Assembly: GCF_006345805.1 (NCBI RefSeq)
Contig: NC_043015.1
Coordinates: 41,292,001-41,356,000 of the forward strand
Origin: Octopus sinensis
Lineage: Eukaryota
Direction of reading: 5' to 3'
DNA length: 64,000 nt
Shown: positions 27,070 to 41,527 of the stretch, piece by piece
Numbering within the stretch: position 1 is the stretch's first letter
Layout: each line of letters starts with the position of its first letter
The notes under the pieces: model-generated
What the model was told of the DNA's origin: nothing
Databases searched by the model: none
The model's input: only the letters and a program-made list of their open reading frames with translations
Translations under genes and position numbers: made by a program

Positions 27070-28420
27070 CAGTGTACATTTAAACACATAAGGAATCCAC
27101 TCGAGGGGTTCAACACGCTAGAAAGAACAGCTAGGTTCTATAACCACAAAATTAAAACTTTTACCATCTAAAAGATGGTAAAAGTCTTTTTTTTTTCATT
27201 TCGTTCCTGTCGAATTTTATCCCTAATTTTGTGGTTATGGAACCTAGCTGTTCTTTCTAGCGTGTTGAATCCCACGAGTGGATTCCTTATGTGTTTAAAT
27301 GTACAATTTTATGAGTAATACATCGTCTTTGGACTAAATTTTTACATGCTAGGCCACTGGAAGTGAAAATTTCTACTAATTTCCTTTTCCCTTTGATATG
27401 ATTAAATATATATATACATACACGCACACACACATATATGATCATATAGATATATGTATGTATATACTCACACACACAGTTGATACTCCTTTATGATTTC
27501 TTTATCATTTAGTAGTAATAATAATGATAATAATCCACTCATGGAGCCCATGGTAATGGCAAATTGTCTAAATTTTCTTTCAGTTTTGATACATAAATTT
27601 CTAATTCTTTGCAACCTTGTTTTGTTAAGTTTGAATATTTTGGTTATTTCTTCGATTTTGTTCCATAGTTTTAAGGTTGCTGATCGTAAAGGGAGGTAAG
27701 AACAAAGAGAACTTAGGCGTACATTTGATTTTTATTTCATCTTTGACTCTATGGTGGTTTTTGGACACTTGGGATCGTTAATCTTCTCGTATGGGCTGAA
27801 GGGTAACTGAATGGCTAAGCTCTTAAATGTGGTGATTCTGAGTGAACCATTGTGCAGGCATCCTTTCATGTCAAGTTGGCCAAAGTTTTGTGATTAAATT
27901 CATATACATGCGCACACGCACGCACATACACATATGCACGTGCACACGCAAACTCCTTTCTCACACATGCATGCGTACTCACACACAACATACACACTCA
28001 CACAGACACACACTCACACAGACGCACACTCACACAGACACACACTCACACGGACAGACACTCACGCAGACACACACTCACACAAACACACACTCACACA
28101 GACACACACTCACACGGACAGACACACACACTCACACAGACACACACACTCACACAGACACACACACTCACACGGACAGACACACTCACGCAGAGGCACA
28201 CACACTCACGCACAGACACACACAAACTCATGCACAGACACACACACACTCATGCACAGACACACACACTCACGCACACACACACATGCACAGACAGACA
28301 CACACACATGCACAGACAGACACACACACACATGCACAGACAGACACACACACATGTGCAGACAGACACAGACACACGCAGACACAGACACACACACACG
28401 GACACAGACACACACACACA

Positions 28421-28453
<33 letters not shown>

Positions 28454-30578
28454 TATTATATTTGCTTACATCTCCTCACATTCTCAGTTCAAATCCCACC
28501 AAAGCCAACTTTACCTTTCACCCTTTTCAGGGGCCAACAAAATCAAAGCACCAATGAGATACTAGGGTTAACGGCATTGCCTAACCCCTTGCCACCCAAA
28601 ACTTCTGGCCTTGGTGTCTAAATTAAAAAAACCATTATCATTATTATTATTATCATTATTATTGTTGCTCTTGTTTATTATTATTGTTATTCTTTTGCAG
28701 AATCAATTTAATATTTCTTGTTATTTGCATGTGGCTTCCAATTTCTTCATTTTAAAAAAAAAAAACAATTTTATTTTTCATTCTTTTCTCTTTTTTTTTT
28801 TCCTTTTTTTTAAAAATTTTTATATTTTCATATTTATTTTTTCCCATTTCAAGTCATTCGCTGTGAGCTCTGCTTTGCCTGTATCTGTTGCTGACAATGC
28901 CTCTACCACCACCACTATTACTACTACTACTACTACCACCACTACCACCACCACCTTCAACAATACCATCACCACTACCACCACCACCACCTCTACATCT
29001 CCTTTGGCCCAAACTACTATTACCACCACTACCTCACACGACCCCATTTCATCTGGTGAGTAAATAAAAATGAAATTGAAAAAAGATATATATATATGTA
29101 TATAAATATGTGTGTGTATACATATATGTGTGTATCCCCGGTTTCAGAATAGCTACACTGTATCCCTGTTTTTTGTAAGAGGTGACTAAAAAGGTTGGTA
29201 ATAGGAAGGGCACCCAGTTGTAAATCACTGCCTTGGAAAACTTGAATAAGCCATAACATCATAATAAAAAACAATTATATGCATTTATTTGTATTTACAT
29301 ATATATTTATATATATATATATGTACTAATTGGGAAAAGTTATACATGTAGTTGTCTGTGTGTATAAATGGGTGTATATATATACACAAATACCTATATA
29401 TATATATAGTGGAAGTGCAATGGCCCAGTGGTTAGGGCAACGGACTTGTGGTCATAGGATCGCGGTTTCGATTCCCAGACTGGACGTTGTGTTTATTGAG
29501 CAAAAACACCTAAAGCTCCATGAGGCTCCGGCAGGAGGTGATAGCGAACCGTGCTGTATTCTTTCACCACAACTTTCTCTCACTCTTTCTTCCTGTTTTT
29601 CTTGTACCTGTATATATATATATATATGCCGGTGGCATGTAAAAAGCACTCACTACACTCTCGGAGTGGTTGGCGATAGGAAGGGCATCCAGCCGTAGAA
29701 ACTCTGCCAGATCAAGACTGGAGCCTGGTGCGGCCGTCTGGTTCGCCAGCCCTCAGTCAAAATCGTCCAACCCATGCTAGCATGGAAAGCGGACGCTAAA
29801 CAATGATGATGATATATATATATATATATATAGATAGATAGATATTGTTTCTCAACCACATAGTTCCAGGTTCAGTCCTACCCCATGACACCTTGGATGT
29901 CTTTTATTAGAACCCTGGGCCAACCAAAGTCTTGTAAGTGGATTTGGTTGATGGGAACAGAAAGAAGCCTGTTGTATGTATGTATGTACATGTGTGTGTC
30001 TATATATGTATGTGCATGCATGCATGTGTATATAAGTTGCTGTTTCCTTGTTTTGACATCCTGTGAAATGAATGTCATCGTCATATATTAGTATTCGTCA
30101 TGTCCAATATTCTGAGAGAATGTGTCTGGCCGTGGGGGAAATATTACCTTACTTGGAAACAGGTAAGGGTTGGGGGATAGGAAAGGCATCCAGCCACAGA
30201 AAATCTTGTCTGACCCATGAAATGATGGGAAAGTATGCATTAAGATGATGATACACACACGTATTTTGATGTACCAACATGTAACAGACTATAGTTATTT
30301 GATTAAAGCTGGTATCAGACTCCATCACTGCTGCTCAGAAATTTCTCAAATTTTTATTAGTAGCAGAATGAACTATCGGTCCCAAACATATGAATACCAT
30401 CATTTTTAAGGTCCACTTTTTCATATTTGCAAGAATTAGATAAAAACCAGTTGAGGCAGGTTTTCTGTTGCTGGATGCCCTTCCCATTGCTAACCCTCAT
30501 GTTTCAAAGACAGTAATATTTTCCCATGGTTGGACATGTTTTCATGGAAATTGGTAACAAATGACACCATTTTGTGTG

Positions 30579-30611
<33 letters not shown>

Positions 30612-30775
30612 GCGCAGGAGTGGCTGTGTGGTAAGTAGCTTGTTTACCAACCACATAGTTCCGGGTTCAGTCCCACTGCGTGACATCTTGGGCAAGTGTC
30701 TTCTGCTATAGCCCCGGGACGACCAATGCCTTGTGAGTGGATTTGGTAGACGGAAACTGAAAGAAGCCTGTCGTA

Positions 30776-30816
<41 letters not shown>

Positions 30817-33800
30817 TTGTGTGTCTGTGTTTGTCCCCCTAGCATTGCTTGACAACCGATGCTGGTGTGTTCACGTCCCCGTCACTTAGCGGTTTGGCAA
30901 AAGAGACCGATAGAATAAGTACTGGGCTTAGAAACAATAAGTCCCGGGGTTGAGTTGCTCGATTAAAGGCGGTGCTCCAGCATGGCCGCAGTCAAATGAC
31001 TGAAACAAGTAAAAGAGTAAAGAGATATATATGTGCCGGTGGCACATAAAATACACCAATCCGACTGTGGCCGTTGCCAGCCTCGCCTGGCACCTGTGCC
31101 GGTGGCATGTAAAAAGCACCCACTACACTCACGGAGTGGTTGGTGTTAGGAAGGGCATCCAGCTGTAGAAACATTGCCAGATAAGACTGGAGCCTGGTGC
31201 AGCCTTCTGGCTTCCCAGATCCCCGGTCGAACCGTCCAACCCATGCTAGCATGGAGAACGGACGTTAAACGATGATGATGATATATATATATGTATGTAT
31301 GTATGTATGTATATATATATATACACACATGCACACAAGGTGCAAGTATGGTTGTGTGGTTAAGAAGTTAGCTTTGCAACTACATGGTTTTGAGTTCAGT
31401 TGCACTGCACAGCACCTTCAGTGCCATTTCCCTGGGCCAACCAATGCTTTCTGAATAGAACTGGTAGACAGAAACTATATGGAAAGCCTATGTGTGTCAT
31501 CATCCTTAAATTTCCATACTGGCATCAGTTAGACCAGTGCTTTTCAAACTTTTTGCTGGAGCGGAACCCCAAGGAAACATTCCACTGGCTCGAGGAACCC
31601 CTGTGCAATAATTTAATAGTCTTATGCACACATATCTGCACAGGAGAATTAAAAATTACTGCCGATTTTAGCAGTTTTGTAACTTCTTGCGGAACCCCTG
31701 GACTGTACTGGCAGAACCCTAAGGTTCCGCAGAACACTGGTTGAAAACCACTGGGTTAGACAATTTGATAGGATCCAGCAAACCCACAGACTGCATGGTT
31801 GTCTGTTTGGCAGGGTTTCTATGGCTGGATATAAATATATAATCATATCTGTGTGTGTCTCTTTATATTAAGGTTGCCGTTTCGCAGTTTCATTAGTTAC
31901 CATATGAACTCAACTGTGATACATTGTTTACATTCCTTGTTGGCATGACAACCAGGCATTCTGTGAAATTAAAATCCCTTATTTGGAAAACAGTTGACAG
32001 CAAGGAAAACATCCAGCTGTAAGCCACTGCTCAAATAAGTCCCCATCTAACTCATGCTTACATGGAAAAACAGACATAAAATGCACAAATGGCTATCAAA
32101 TATTTAAAACAAGCTAACTTTAAACTGTTGTGTCTGGGGAGAGTCATTTTCTTTTAGTGCCTTATAATTTAACACACTCGCTGGTAAAATTTCCACTTTT
32201 TTCTTATTTTTATTTTCCTAAAATTTTTGTTGCGTCTTGCAACCTTTTCAATAGTTTTGACCCTGTTTGTTACTCACACGTGGATGAGGAATGGACTGAG
32301 TCAAAACTATTGAAAAGGTTTTTAGATGCAATGAAAATTTTAGGAAAATAAAAATAAGAAATAAGTGGAAATTTAACCAGTGAGTGTATTAAATTAATAA
32401 GGCACAAAAAGAGAATGACTCTCCCCAGACACAACAGAATATGCTTCAACACACGAACTCACATAAAGAATCTTGCAAACCAAATCCAAAAATCGAAATA
32501 ACATTTAAACATTTATTCAAAAATAAATTCTAAAAACAAGCAAAATCAAAATAACGATAAAGACAGCAACACCAATAACAACATCAATGGCCCGGTCCTT
32601 GATTTCTTATCAATTGGGAATATTGATTGGTTTTTTACCAATCAATACGAGAAGAGTAACATCAAGACTATCTTCACTTTCCTTTCTTTTCTCTCTTCTT
32701 CTGGAATAGAATCTGTTGTTGTGTGTGCACCCCCCCCCCCTGGATAGTGCTGATTAAGCACTATCTATAACCATAGGCATGCCACCCATGTCCAACTCAC
32801 CTTGTTCCTTTATGTAGGGATCGTATTAACCGATGAGTTTTTTTTCTAAGGTGGTAAGATGTGATTTGAGGGTGATCCGGCTGCTGTTTCTACCAAGTCA
32901 GGAGACTGGTAGAGGTTTAGTTCACAGCTGTGTGCCCAGAACATACCTGTTTTTTTTTTCTTCTTCCTTCTGAAATAAGATGTTTTGGTGGATCTTTTCT
33001 CCTTCCTTCTGTCTGGGATAAAATAAGTACCTATTTCTTTACTACCCACAAGGGGCCAAACACAGAGAGGACAAACAAGGACGCACAAACGGATTAAGTC
33101 GATTATATCGATCCCAGTGCGTAACTGGTACTTATTTAATTGACCCCGAAAGGATGAGAGGCAAAGTCGACCTCGGCGGAATTTGAACTCACAAAATACC
33201 ACTAAGTATTTCACATGCTAACATTTTTTCCAACTCAAAAATAAGTACCATGAGGAGGTTGTGTGATGACCATAAAAGGAATGATTTCATTGGCTTTGAC
33301 CCCCAGACTTTCTGATCCTTTTATTAGTAAAATTTGTACACAAAAGAAGAAAGGAGTTGAGTTGGAACCCGTTGACCTGTACTAAGTTACTACCAATCAG
33401 AATGGCATTTTACCATTACTACAAAATCAGATTTACTGATAAATGAAAAGGTAACAGGCCCTTAAACAGTTTTGTGAACAGGTGACAAGGTTAGAAAGGT
33501 CACCAGCCATAACAACATTTCTATGCACAGATGAAAAGATCAAAAGCCCTTAAATTTTCAGTGACAAATATGTCCATTGACCTGGGGCCACACAACAATC
33601 AGATTTTCTCTTCATATTAGTCTCATGGGCTCCCTTTAGCTCTCATCCTCTCTCTCCCTTTCTCTCTTTAGTTCTCATCTTCTCTCCCTTTCTCTCTTTA
33701 GCTCTCATCCTCTCTCCCTCTCTGTCTTTAGGTCTCATCCTCTCTCCTTCCTCTTTAGCTCTCATCCTCTCTCCTTCCTCTTTAGCTCTCATCCTCTCTC

Positions 33801-34401
33801 CCTTTCTCTCTTAAACTCTCATCCTCTCTCCTTCCTCTTTAGCTCTCGTCCTCTCTTCCTCTCTCTCTTTAGCTTGCATGCTCTCTCAGCCTCTCTGTTT
33901 AGTTCTCATGGTCTCTCTCTCTCCTCCTCCTCTCTTTTGCTCTCATCCTCTCTCCCTTTCTCTCTTGCTCTCATCCTCTCTCCCTTTCTCTCTTTAACTC
34001 TCATCATCTCTCCTTTCTCTTTAGCTCTCATCCTCTCTCCCTCTCTGTCTTTAGGTCTCATCCTCTCTCCTTCCTCTTTAGCTCTCATCCTCTCTCCCTT
34101 TCTCTCTTTAACTCTCATCATCTCTCCTTTGTCTTTAGCTCTCATCCTCTCTCCCTCTTTGTCTTTAGGTCTCATCCTCTCTTCCCCTCTCTCTTTAGCT
34201 TGCATGCTCTCTCAGCCTCTCTGTTTAGTTCTCATGATCTCTCTCTCTCTCTCTCTCACTCTCTCGCCCCTCTCTTTTGCTCTCATGCACTTTCTCTGTT
34301 TCTCTTTTGCACACTCTCCCTTTCACTCATGCTCTCCTTTCCTTTTGCTGTCATGCCCCCACCCCCACATCCTTTGCTCACATGATTTGTCTCACTGACA
34401 T

Positions 34402-34438
<37 letters not shown>

Positions 34439-35562
34439 ATCTATCTATCTCTTCCCCCCCTACTAATTCCTCTTCAGACTCACGCATGTACACATCCTCT
34501 CATATACAAACACACACGCATACTAACGCAAAAGATTTTTTTATTTTAATGTATATATTGAATAATTAAGTCCCAGATACACCATATCTAAATAGAAGAG
34601 GAGGGTCATGGCTGGAACGCCTTTGACCAACAGTTTACTGGATCAGGGCCAACTTTGGGATAAACAATAAGTGCAGCTACTCTGAACTGATGAGCTCTAG
34701 ATTTGCTAAAAATAACAGCTAAATCTCCCTCATCATAACATTAAAAAGGAAAGACAGATTGATTGATCAATAATGTCATCTTTGACACACTAACCAATGG
34801 GATAGTCATGGCTGGACTGCCTATGATCACAGATGTGCCAGATCTGAGGTGACCCAGGGCTGAACAGCAACTATCACTCTGAAGCTGTGTGATAGTTTCA
34901 GTAGTTGTTCAACTTGCTAGAAATAGTAGCCAAATGTCCCTCCTGTTAAACGGCATGGGTCATACTGGACAGTTGCCCAGGGCTCCATAGATATACAGGC
35001 CCAGTTCTGATTTATGTAAGCTGAGAAATCTGACTGAGCCCAATTTATTGATCCATCCAGGGGTCTGTAACCCTGCTAAGCTGGGCCTGCCTAGATACAG
35101 TGTGCCTGAACACAATGGAGAGAATAGTTGTGACAGGAACACCTCTGCTTAAAAATCTTCACTAGATCAGATCAGAGGTGAACAACAAAAGCAACAGCTC
35201 ACATATATATGTGTGAGTGTGTGTGTGGTGTCAGGCTTACAATTGTGAGGTAATGAGTTCGAATCCTGGACCGGGCTGCGTGTTGTGTTCTTGAGCAAGA
35301 CACTTTATTTCACATTGTTCCACTTCACTCAGCTGTCGAAATGAGTTGGAACGTCACAGGTGCCAAGCTGTATCGGCCCCTTTGCGTTTCTCTTGGATAA
35401 CATCAGTAGCGTGGAGAGGGGAGGCTGTTATGCTTGGGTGCCTGCTGGCCTTCCATAAACAACCTTGCCCAGACTTGTGCCTCAGAGGGTAACTTTCTAG
35501 GTGCAACCCCCTGGTACACATCTGTGTGTGCCTGTTCCATCCATATGATGATGCTCACTCAC

Positions 35563-35606
<44 letters not shown>

Positions 35607-36271
35607 TATGTGTGTGTATGTATGTATATATATTAAAGACCCTTTTGATCATGAATGACCAGGGGGTTGCACCTAGAAAGTTACCCTCTGAGGCACAAGT
35701 TCAGGCAAAGTTGTTTATGCAAGACCAGTAGTCCCCCATGCATACCAGTCCCCTCTCTCCACACCACTGATGTTATCCAAGGGAAAGGCAAAAGGGCCAA
35801 TACAGCTTGGCACCAGTGACGTTGGAACTCATTTCTACAGCTGAGTGAACTGGAGCAATGTGAAATAAAGTGTCTTGCTCAAGAACATAACACAACAGGC
35901 CAGTCTGAGAATCAAACTCACTACCTCATGATTGTAAGCCCAATGCTCTAACCACTGAGCCATGTGTCGTCACATATACACACAGACACACACGTAAGTG
36001 GGAGAAATGAAAGAAAGGGGCACTCAGCATATTAAGTAATAGATACTCTTGATGAGATGACCAGGTCTCTTACTTTAAGGCATAGGGAACTGAGTCAAAT
36101 TATTAAAAGTACATGTATGTGTGTGTATGTTCCCTCCTACTCTTTCTCTCTCATACACATAGTCACAAAGCTATGTATACACATATTATATAGCCTACAT
36201 CTTAATCATCCAATAGGAAGGGGGCATACTGATCTTGTCTCCCTCAACTTTCCAAAGACTATCACTATGCA

Positions 36272-36310
<39 letters not shown>

Positions 36311-36366
36311 GTACACACACACATATATATACACACACACACATATATATATATATACACACACAC

Positions 36367-36403
<37 letters not shown>

Positions 36404-36505
36404 CATACATATATTTGTGTGTATACACTCACACACATGCAAACATGAATATGTATATACATACACACATATGTATATAAACATATACATATATACATAT
36501 CTATC

Positions 36506-36540
<35 letters not shown>

Positions 36541-39500
36541 TTTATTTGTGGGTTAACCAGTCTACCATTGGTTTCACGTTAAGAGAGATGTCTTGTAACG
36601 ATTATCAAACCTGCTTCTGCATAGGATGTTAGTGTTTGTCTCCCACTTGGATGAAAACACAATAAAATCATGCAAGATCGAGTGAGGTTTTGAAGCAAAT
36701 ATTTATATCGGGGTAGGGGGACAACTCCTGAATTATCTCCGTTGTATTAAATTTCATTTTTATATGTGCATACACACACAAATATACACACATCCACTGG
36801 CACACGTAACCATACCTGCATTATGCATTTTTAATATGCATATATAAACTGTTAAGTGCACATATTTAAAGTGCATAATATGGGTATGTGTGCTAATGCA
36901 CATCACTGTGATCACTGTGACCGATCAGGCTATCGGATGTTGCTACAATCGCTGGTCACAATGCGCTTCGCATTGTTTTAGCCTTCAAATGACGCCACCC
37001 CGCTGGCTAAGCGAGCAGGTCAACAGAAGAAAGCGTGAGAGAAAGTTGTGGCGAAAGAGTACAGAAGGGATCGCCACCAGCCCCTACCGGAACATCATGG
37101 AGCTTAAGGTGTTTTCGCTCAATAAACACTCACAACGCCCGGTCTGGGAATCGAAACTGCGATCCTACGACCGCGAGTCCGCTGCCCTAACCACTGGGCC
37201 ATTGCGCTCCATGTTAATGTACATATAAATATAAAAATAAATTTAATGCAAGGGAGATAATAATTATTGCGTTGTTCCTCATGTGAATGTTTGTTAACTC
37301 CAAAACTTCGTGATCTCAAATGATTTTGTTTTCATCCAGGATGGAGATAAACACCTGCATCTCATGCAACAGGCTTGATAATTGTTAAGGTATCTATATA
37401 TCTCGTTGCATGAAACCAATGGCAGCCTGATTAACCCACAAAATAAAGAGTATTTATCCACCTGTTCCTTGTTGAGCCCCCATTCTCATTGTTCGATATT
37501 AACATATCTAAAATTAAACCTCATTTTCTCTGTCCTCAACATATTAACACAAACCGTAAACTTCTGCTACAGAGCCCCGGTAATACTTAACCCAAAGGCC
37601 ATCTTAACTGCGCTACAAGCTCCTCCACCCTCTCTTCAGGCAAAGTAAACCACTAAGAACCTGAATGGTTCACAGTCCAATACTAAGCTTCACACATTCT
37701 GACATGGTCTCTGGTTTCAGAATAATACCTTCCTTTCCTTCACACCTGTCTCAAGGGACCAAGGGATCATGAACATCACCTTTGCTCCCGATTGTATGCT
37801 ACTTGACACAGACACCTTAGATTGTGTCCAAAAAAAGCTTACTCGACTGACTGTCCTGAAGTAACCATCTCACTCCAACCTCTCAGCCACAGACATGCTC
37901 TCTCTCCCCCCTCTCTCTACTAATATGGCTTCTACTTTTCTATAATAGCTATAATAATAATAATAATAATAATCTGTATATTATTTACCACTATAACAGC
38001 CTCTTCTGCTCGGGCCAGGTCTCTTGCTACTGCTACTCAGGCTGCTCTACCTTCACCTCAGCTCAGGCTGGTCTCCCACCTCCTCTACTCAGGCTGGTCC
38101 TCTGCCACCTCTACTCGGGCTTGTCCTCTGCCACCTCTACTCGGGCTTGTCCTCTGCCACCTCTACTCAGGCTGGTCCTCTGCCACCTCTACTCAGGCTG
38201 GTCCTCTGCCACCTCTACTCAGGCTGGTCCTCTGCCACCTCTACTCAAGCTGGTCCTCTGCCACCTCTACTCAGCTGGTCCTCTGCCACCTCTACTCAGC
38301 TGGTCCTCTGCCACCTTCTACTCAGGCTGGTCCTCTGCCACCTCTACTCAGCTGGTCCTCTGCCACCTCTACTCAGGCTCGTCCTCTGCCACCTCTACTC
38401 GGGCTTGTCCTCTGCCACCTCTACTCAGGCTGGTCCTCTGCCACTTCTACTCAGGCTGGTCCTCTGCCACCTCTACCCAGGCTGGTCCTCTGCCACCTCT
38501 ACTCAGGCTGGTCCTCTGCCACCTCTACTCAGGCTGGTCCTCTGCCACCTCTACTCAGGCTCGTCCTCTGCCACCTCTACTCAGGCTCGTCCTCTGCCAC
38601 CTCTACTCAGGCTCGTCCTCTGCCACCTCTACTCAGGCTCGTCCTCTGCCACCTCTACTCAGGCTCGTCCTCTGCCACCTCTACTCAGGCTCGTCCTCTG
38701 CCACCTCTACTCAGGCTCGTCCTCTGCCCCTCTACTCAGGCTCGTCCTCTGCCACCTCTATTCAGGCTGGTCCTCTGCCACCTCTACTCAGGCTGGTCCT
38801 CTGCCACCTCCTCTACTCAGGCTGGTCCTCTGCCACCTCCTCTACTCAAGCTGGTCCTCTGCCACTCTACTCAGGCTGGTCCTCTGCCACTCTACTCAGG
38901 CTGGTCCTCTGCCACCTCTACTCAGGCTGGTCCTCTGCCACCTCTACTCAAGCTGGTCCTCTGCCACCTCTACTCAGGCTGGTCCTCTGCCACCTCTACT
39001 CAGGCTGGTCCTCTGCCACTCTACTCAGGCTGGTTCCTCTGCCACCTCTACTCAGGCTGGTCCTCTGCCACCTCTACTCAGGCGGTCCTCTGCCACCTCT
39101 ACTCAGGCTGGTCCTCTGCCACCTCTACTCATGCTGGTCTCCTGCCACCTCTACTCAGGCTGGTCCTCTGCCACCTCTACTCAGGCTGTCCTCTGCCACC
39201 TCCTCTACTCAGGCTGGTCCTCTGCCACCTTCTACTCAGGCTGGTCTCTTCCTCTGCCACCTCCTCTACTCAGGCTGGTCCTCTGCCACCTCCTCTACTC
39301 AAGCTGGTCCTCTGCCACCTCTACTCAGGCTGGTCCTCTGCCACCTCTACTCAGGCTGGTCCTCTGCCACCTCTACTCAAGCTGGTCCTCTGCCACCTCT
39401 ACTCAGGCTGGTCCTCTGCCACCTCTACTCAGGCTGGTCCTCTGCCACCTCTACTCAGGCTGGTCCTCTGCCACCTCTACTCAGGCTGGTCCTCTGCCAC

Positions 39501-41494
39501 CTCTACTCAGGCTGGTCCTCTGCCACTTCTACTCAGGCTGTCCTCTGCCACCTCCTCTACTCAAGCTGGTCCTCTGCCACCTCTACTCAGGCTGGTCCTC
39601 TGCCACCTCTACTCAGGCTGGTCCTCTGCCACCTCTACTCAGGCTGGTCCTCTGCCACCTCTACTCAGGCTGGTCCTCTGCCACCTCTACTCAGGCTGGT
39701 CCTCTGCCACCTCTACTCAGGCTGGTCCTCTGCCACCTCTACTCAGGCTGGTCCTCTGCCACCTCTACTCAGGCTGGTCCTCTGCCACCTCTACTCAGGC
39801 TGGTCCTCTGCCACCTCTACTCAGGCTGGTCCTCTGCCACCTCTACTCAGGCTGGTCCTCTGCCACCTCTACTCAGGCTGGTCCTCTGCCACCTCTACTC
39901 AGGCTCGTCCTCTGCCACCTCCTCTACTCAGGCTGGTCCTCTGCCACCTCCTCTACTCAGGCTGGTCCTCTGCCACCTCCTCTACTCAGGCTGGTCCTCT
40001 GCCACCTCCTCTACTCAAGCTGGTCCTCTGCCACCTCTACTCAGGCTGGTCCTCTGCCACCTCTACTCAGGCTGGTCCTCTGCCACCTCTACTCAAGCTG
40101 GTCCTCTGCCACCTCTACTCAGGCTGGTCCTCTGCCACCTCTACTCAGGCTGGTCCTCTGCCACCTCTACTCAGGCTGGTCCTCTGCCACCTCTACTCAG
40201 GCTGGTCCTCTGCCACCTCTACTCAGGCTGGTCCTCTGCCACCTCTACTCAGGCTGGTCCTCTGCCACCTCTACTCAGGCTCGTCCTCTGCCACCTCTAC
40301 TCAGGCTGGTCCTCTGCCACTTCTACTCAGGCTGGTCCTCTGCCACTTCTACTCAGGCTGGTCCTCCTGCCACCTCAACTCGCGCTGGTCTCCCGCCACC
40401 TCAACTCGCGCTGGTCTCCCGCCACCTCTACTCGCGCTGGTCTCCCGCCACCTCTACTCATGCTGGTCTCCTATCTCCTGCCACCTCTACTCGGGCTGGT
40501 CTACCACCAGCTCTACTCATGCTGGTCTCCTATCTCCTGCCACCTCTACTTGGGCTGGTCTCCCACCACCTCTACTCATGCTGGTCTCCTGCCACCTCTA
40601 CTCGCACTTGTCTCCCACCACTTCTCAGGGCAGTCTCCTGCCACTTCTACTCAATCATTCCTCTCTCGTCCCTCCCCCATCCATCACTCGTACTGTATCC
40701 ACTTTCCGACCCTCAAACAGCCCTTTGACCACTATTTGCAGCACTTCCTCCTTGGAGTGGTGGCCATCTGAATTGGATTTCCTTTACAGCTGTCAACTTG
40801 CAGCTCATCACCACCATTATCATGATTCAGCATCCGTTTTCCATGCTGGCATGGGTTGGACGGTTTGACTGGAAATGGTAAGCCAGAGAGCTGCACCAGA
40901 CTCCAGTTGTCTGTTTGGCTTGGTTTCTACAGCTGGATGCCCTTCCTAATGCCAACCATTCCACAGTGTGCACTGGTTGCCTTTTACGTGTCGCCAGCAC
41001 AGGTGCCTCTTATGTGTCACCGGCACAAGTGCCTTTCACTTGCCATTGCCTCCAGACTGTCCAAGAAAATTATTAACTGCATTCATTTTAGCCATGTGGA
41101 AGATCTTGTGAGGACCAGGGGATTCAGTCCCTTCTTGTACAAACCCAACAAATACTAAATACAAAAAAAAAGACATATAGATGTGATAATACAGTTCTAT
41201 ATTTAAGAGATGAGGAATTATTTACATTGTTTGCATTTGATGGATATTTCTCCTCATCTTGTTTGTTGTTAACACAATGTTTTGCCTGATATACCCTCCA
41301 GCCTTCATCAGGTGTCTTGGGGAAATTTCGAACCTGGGTTCTCATTCTTAAGGTATATTTTTGGATGGTATTATCATTATTATTATTATTATTATTATAA
41401 TTCCAGTCATGCCTGGAAACGAACTCGGTATTTTGGGGTTACGAGCACAGGCTACTAACCCCAAGATTCCAAGTTCAATTCCAGGCAGTGACCC

Positions 41495-41527
<33 letters not shown>

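Noticed and set aside
27842-28621. His/Thr-rich ORFs
   Set aside because: Artefacts of the (CA)n repeat.
28701-28853. Upstream alternative acceptor (ttttgcag|AATC)
   Set aside because: It would add a Phe/Ile-rich, T-tract-like sequence; the acceptor at 28853 is more plausible.
37340-37389. Candidate internal exon (ttcatccag|GATGG...AAG|gtatct)
   Set aside because: Open only in phase 2/0, whereas the flanking exons require phase 1/1.
37400-37870. Possible CR1/L2 remnant ([11 protein letters not shown]-like)
   Set aside because: Too short and degenerate to call without a search.
38060-40650. CRISPR-like array
   Set aside because: Contiguous tandem units with no unique spacers, no cas genes, eukaryotic context.
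38024-40868. Two 915-aa ORFs as a stand-alone gene
   Set aside because: They come from a stop-free 26-bp unit (not a multiple of 3) with frame cycling; no domain content. Kept only as a cryptic-exon hypothesis.
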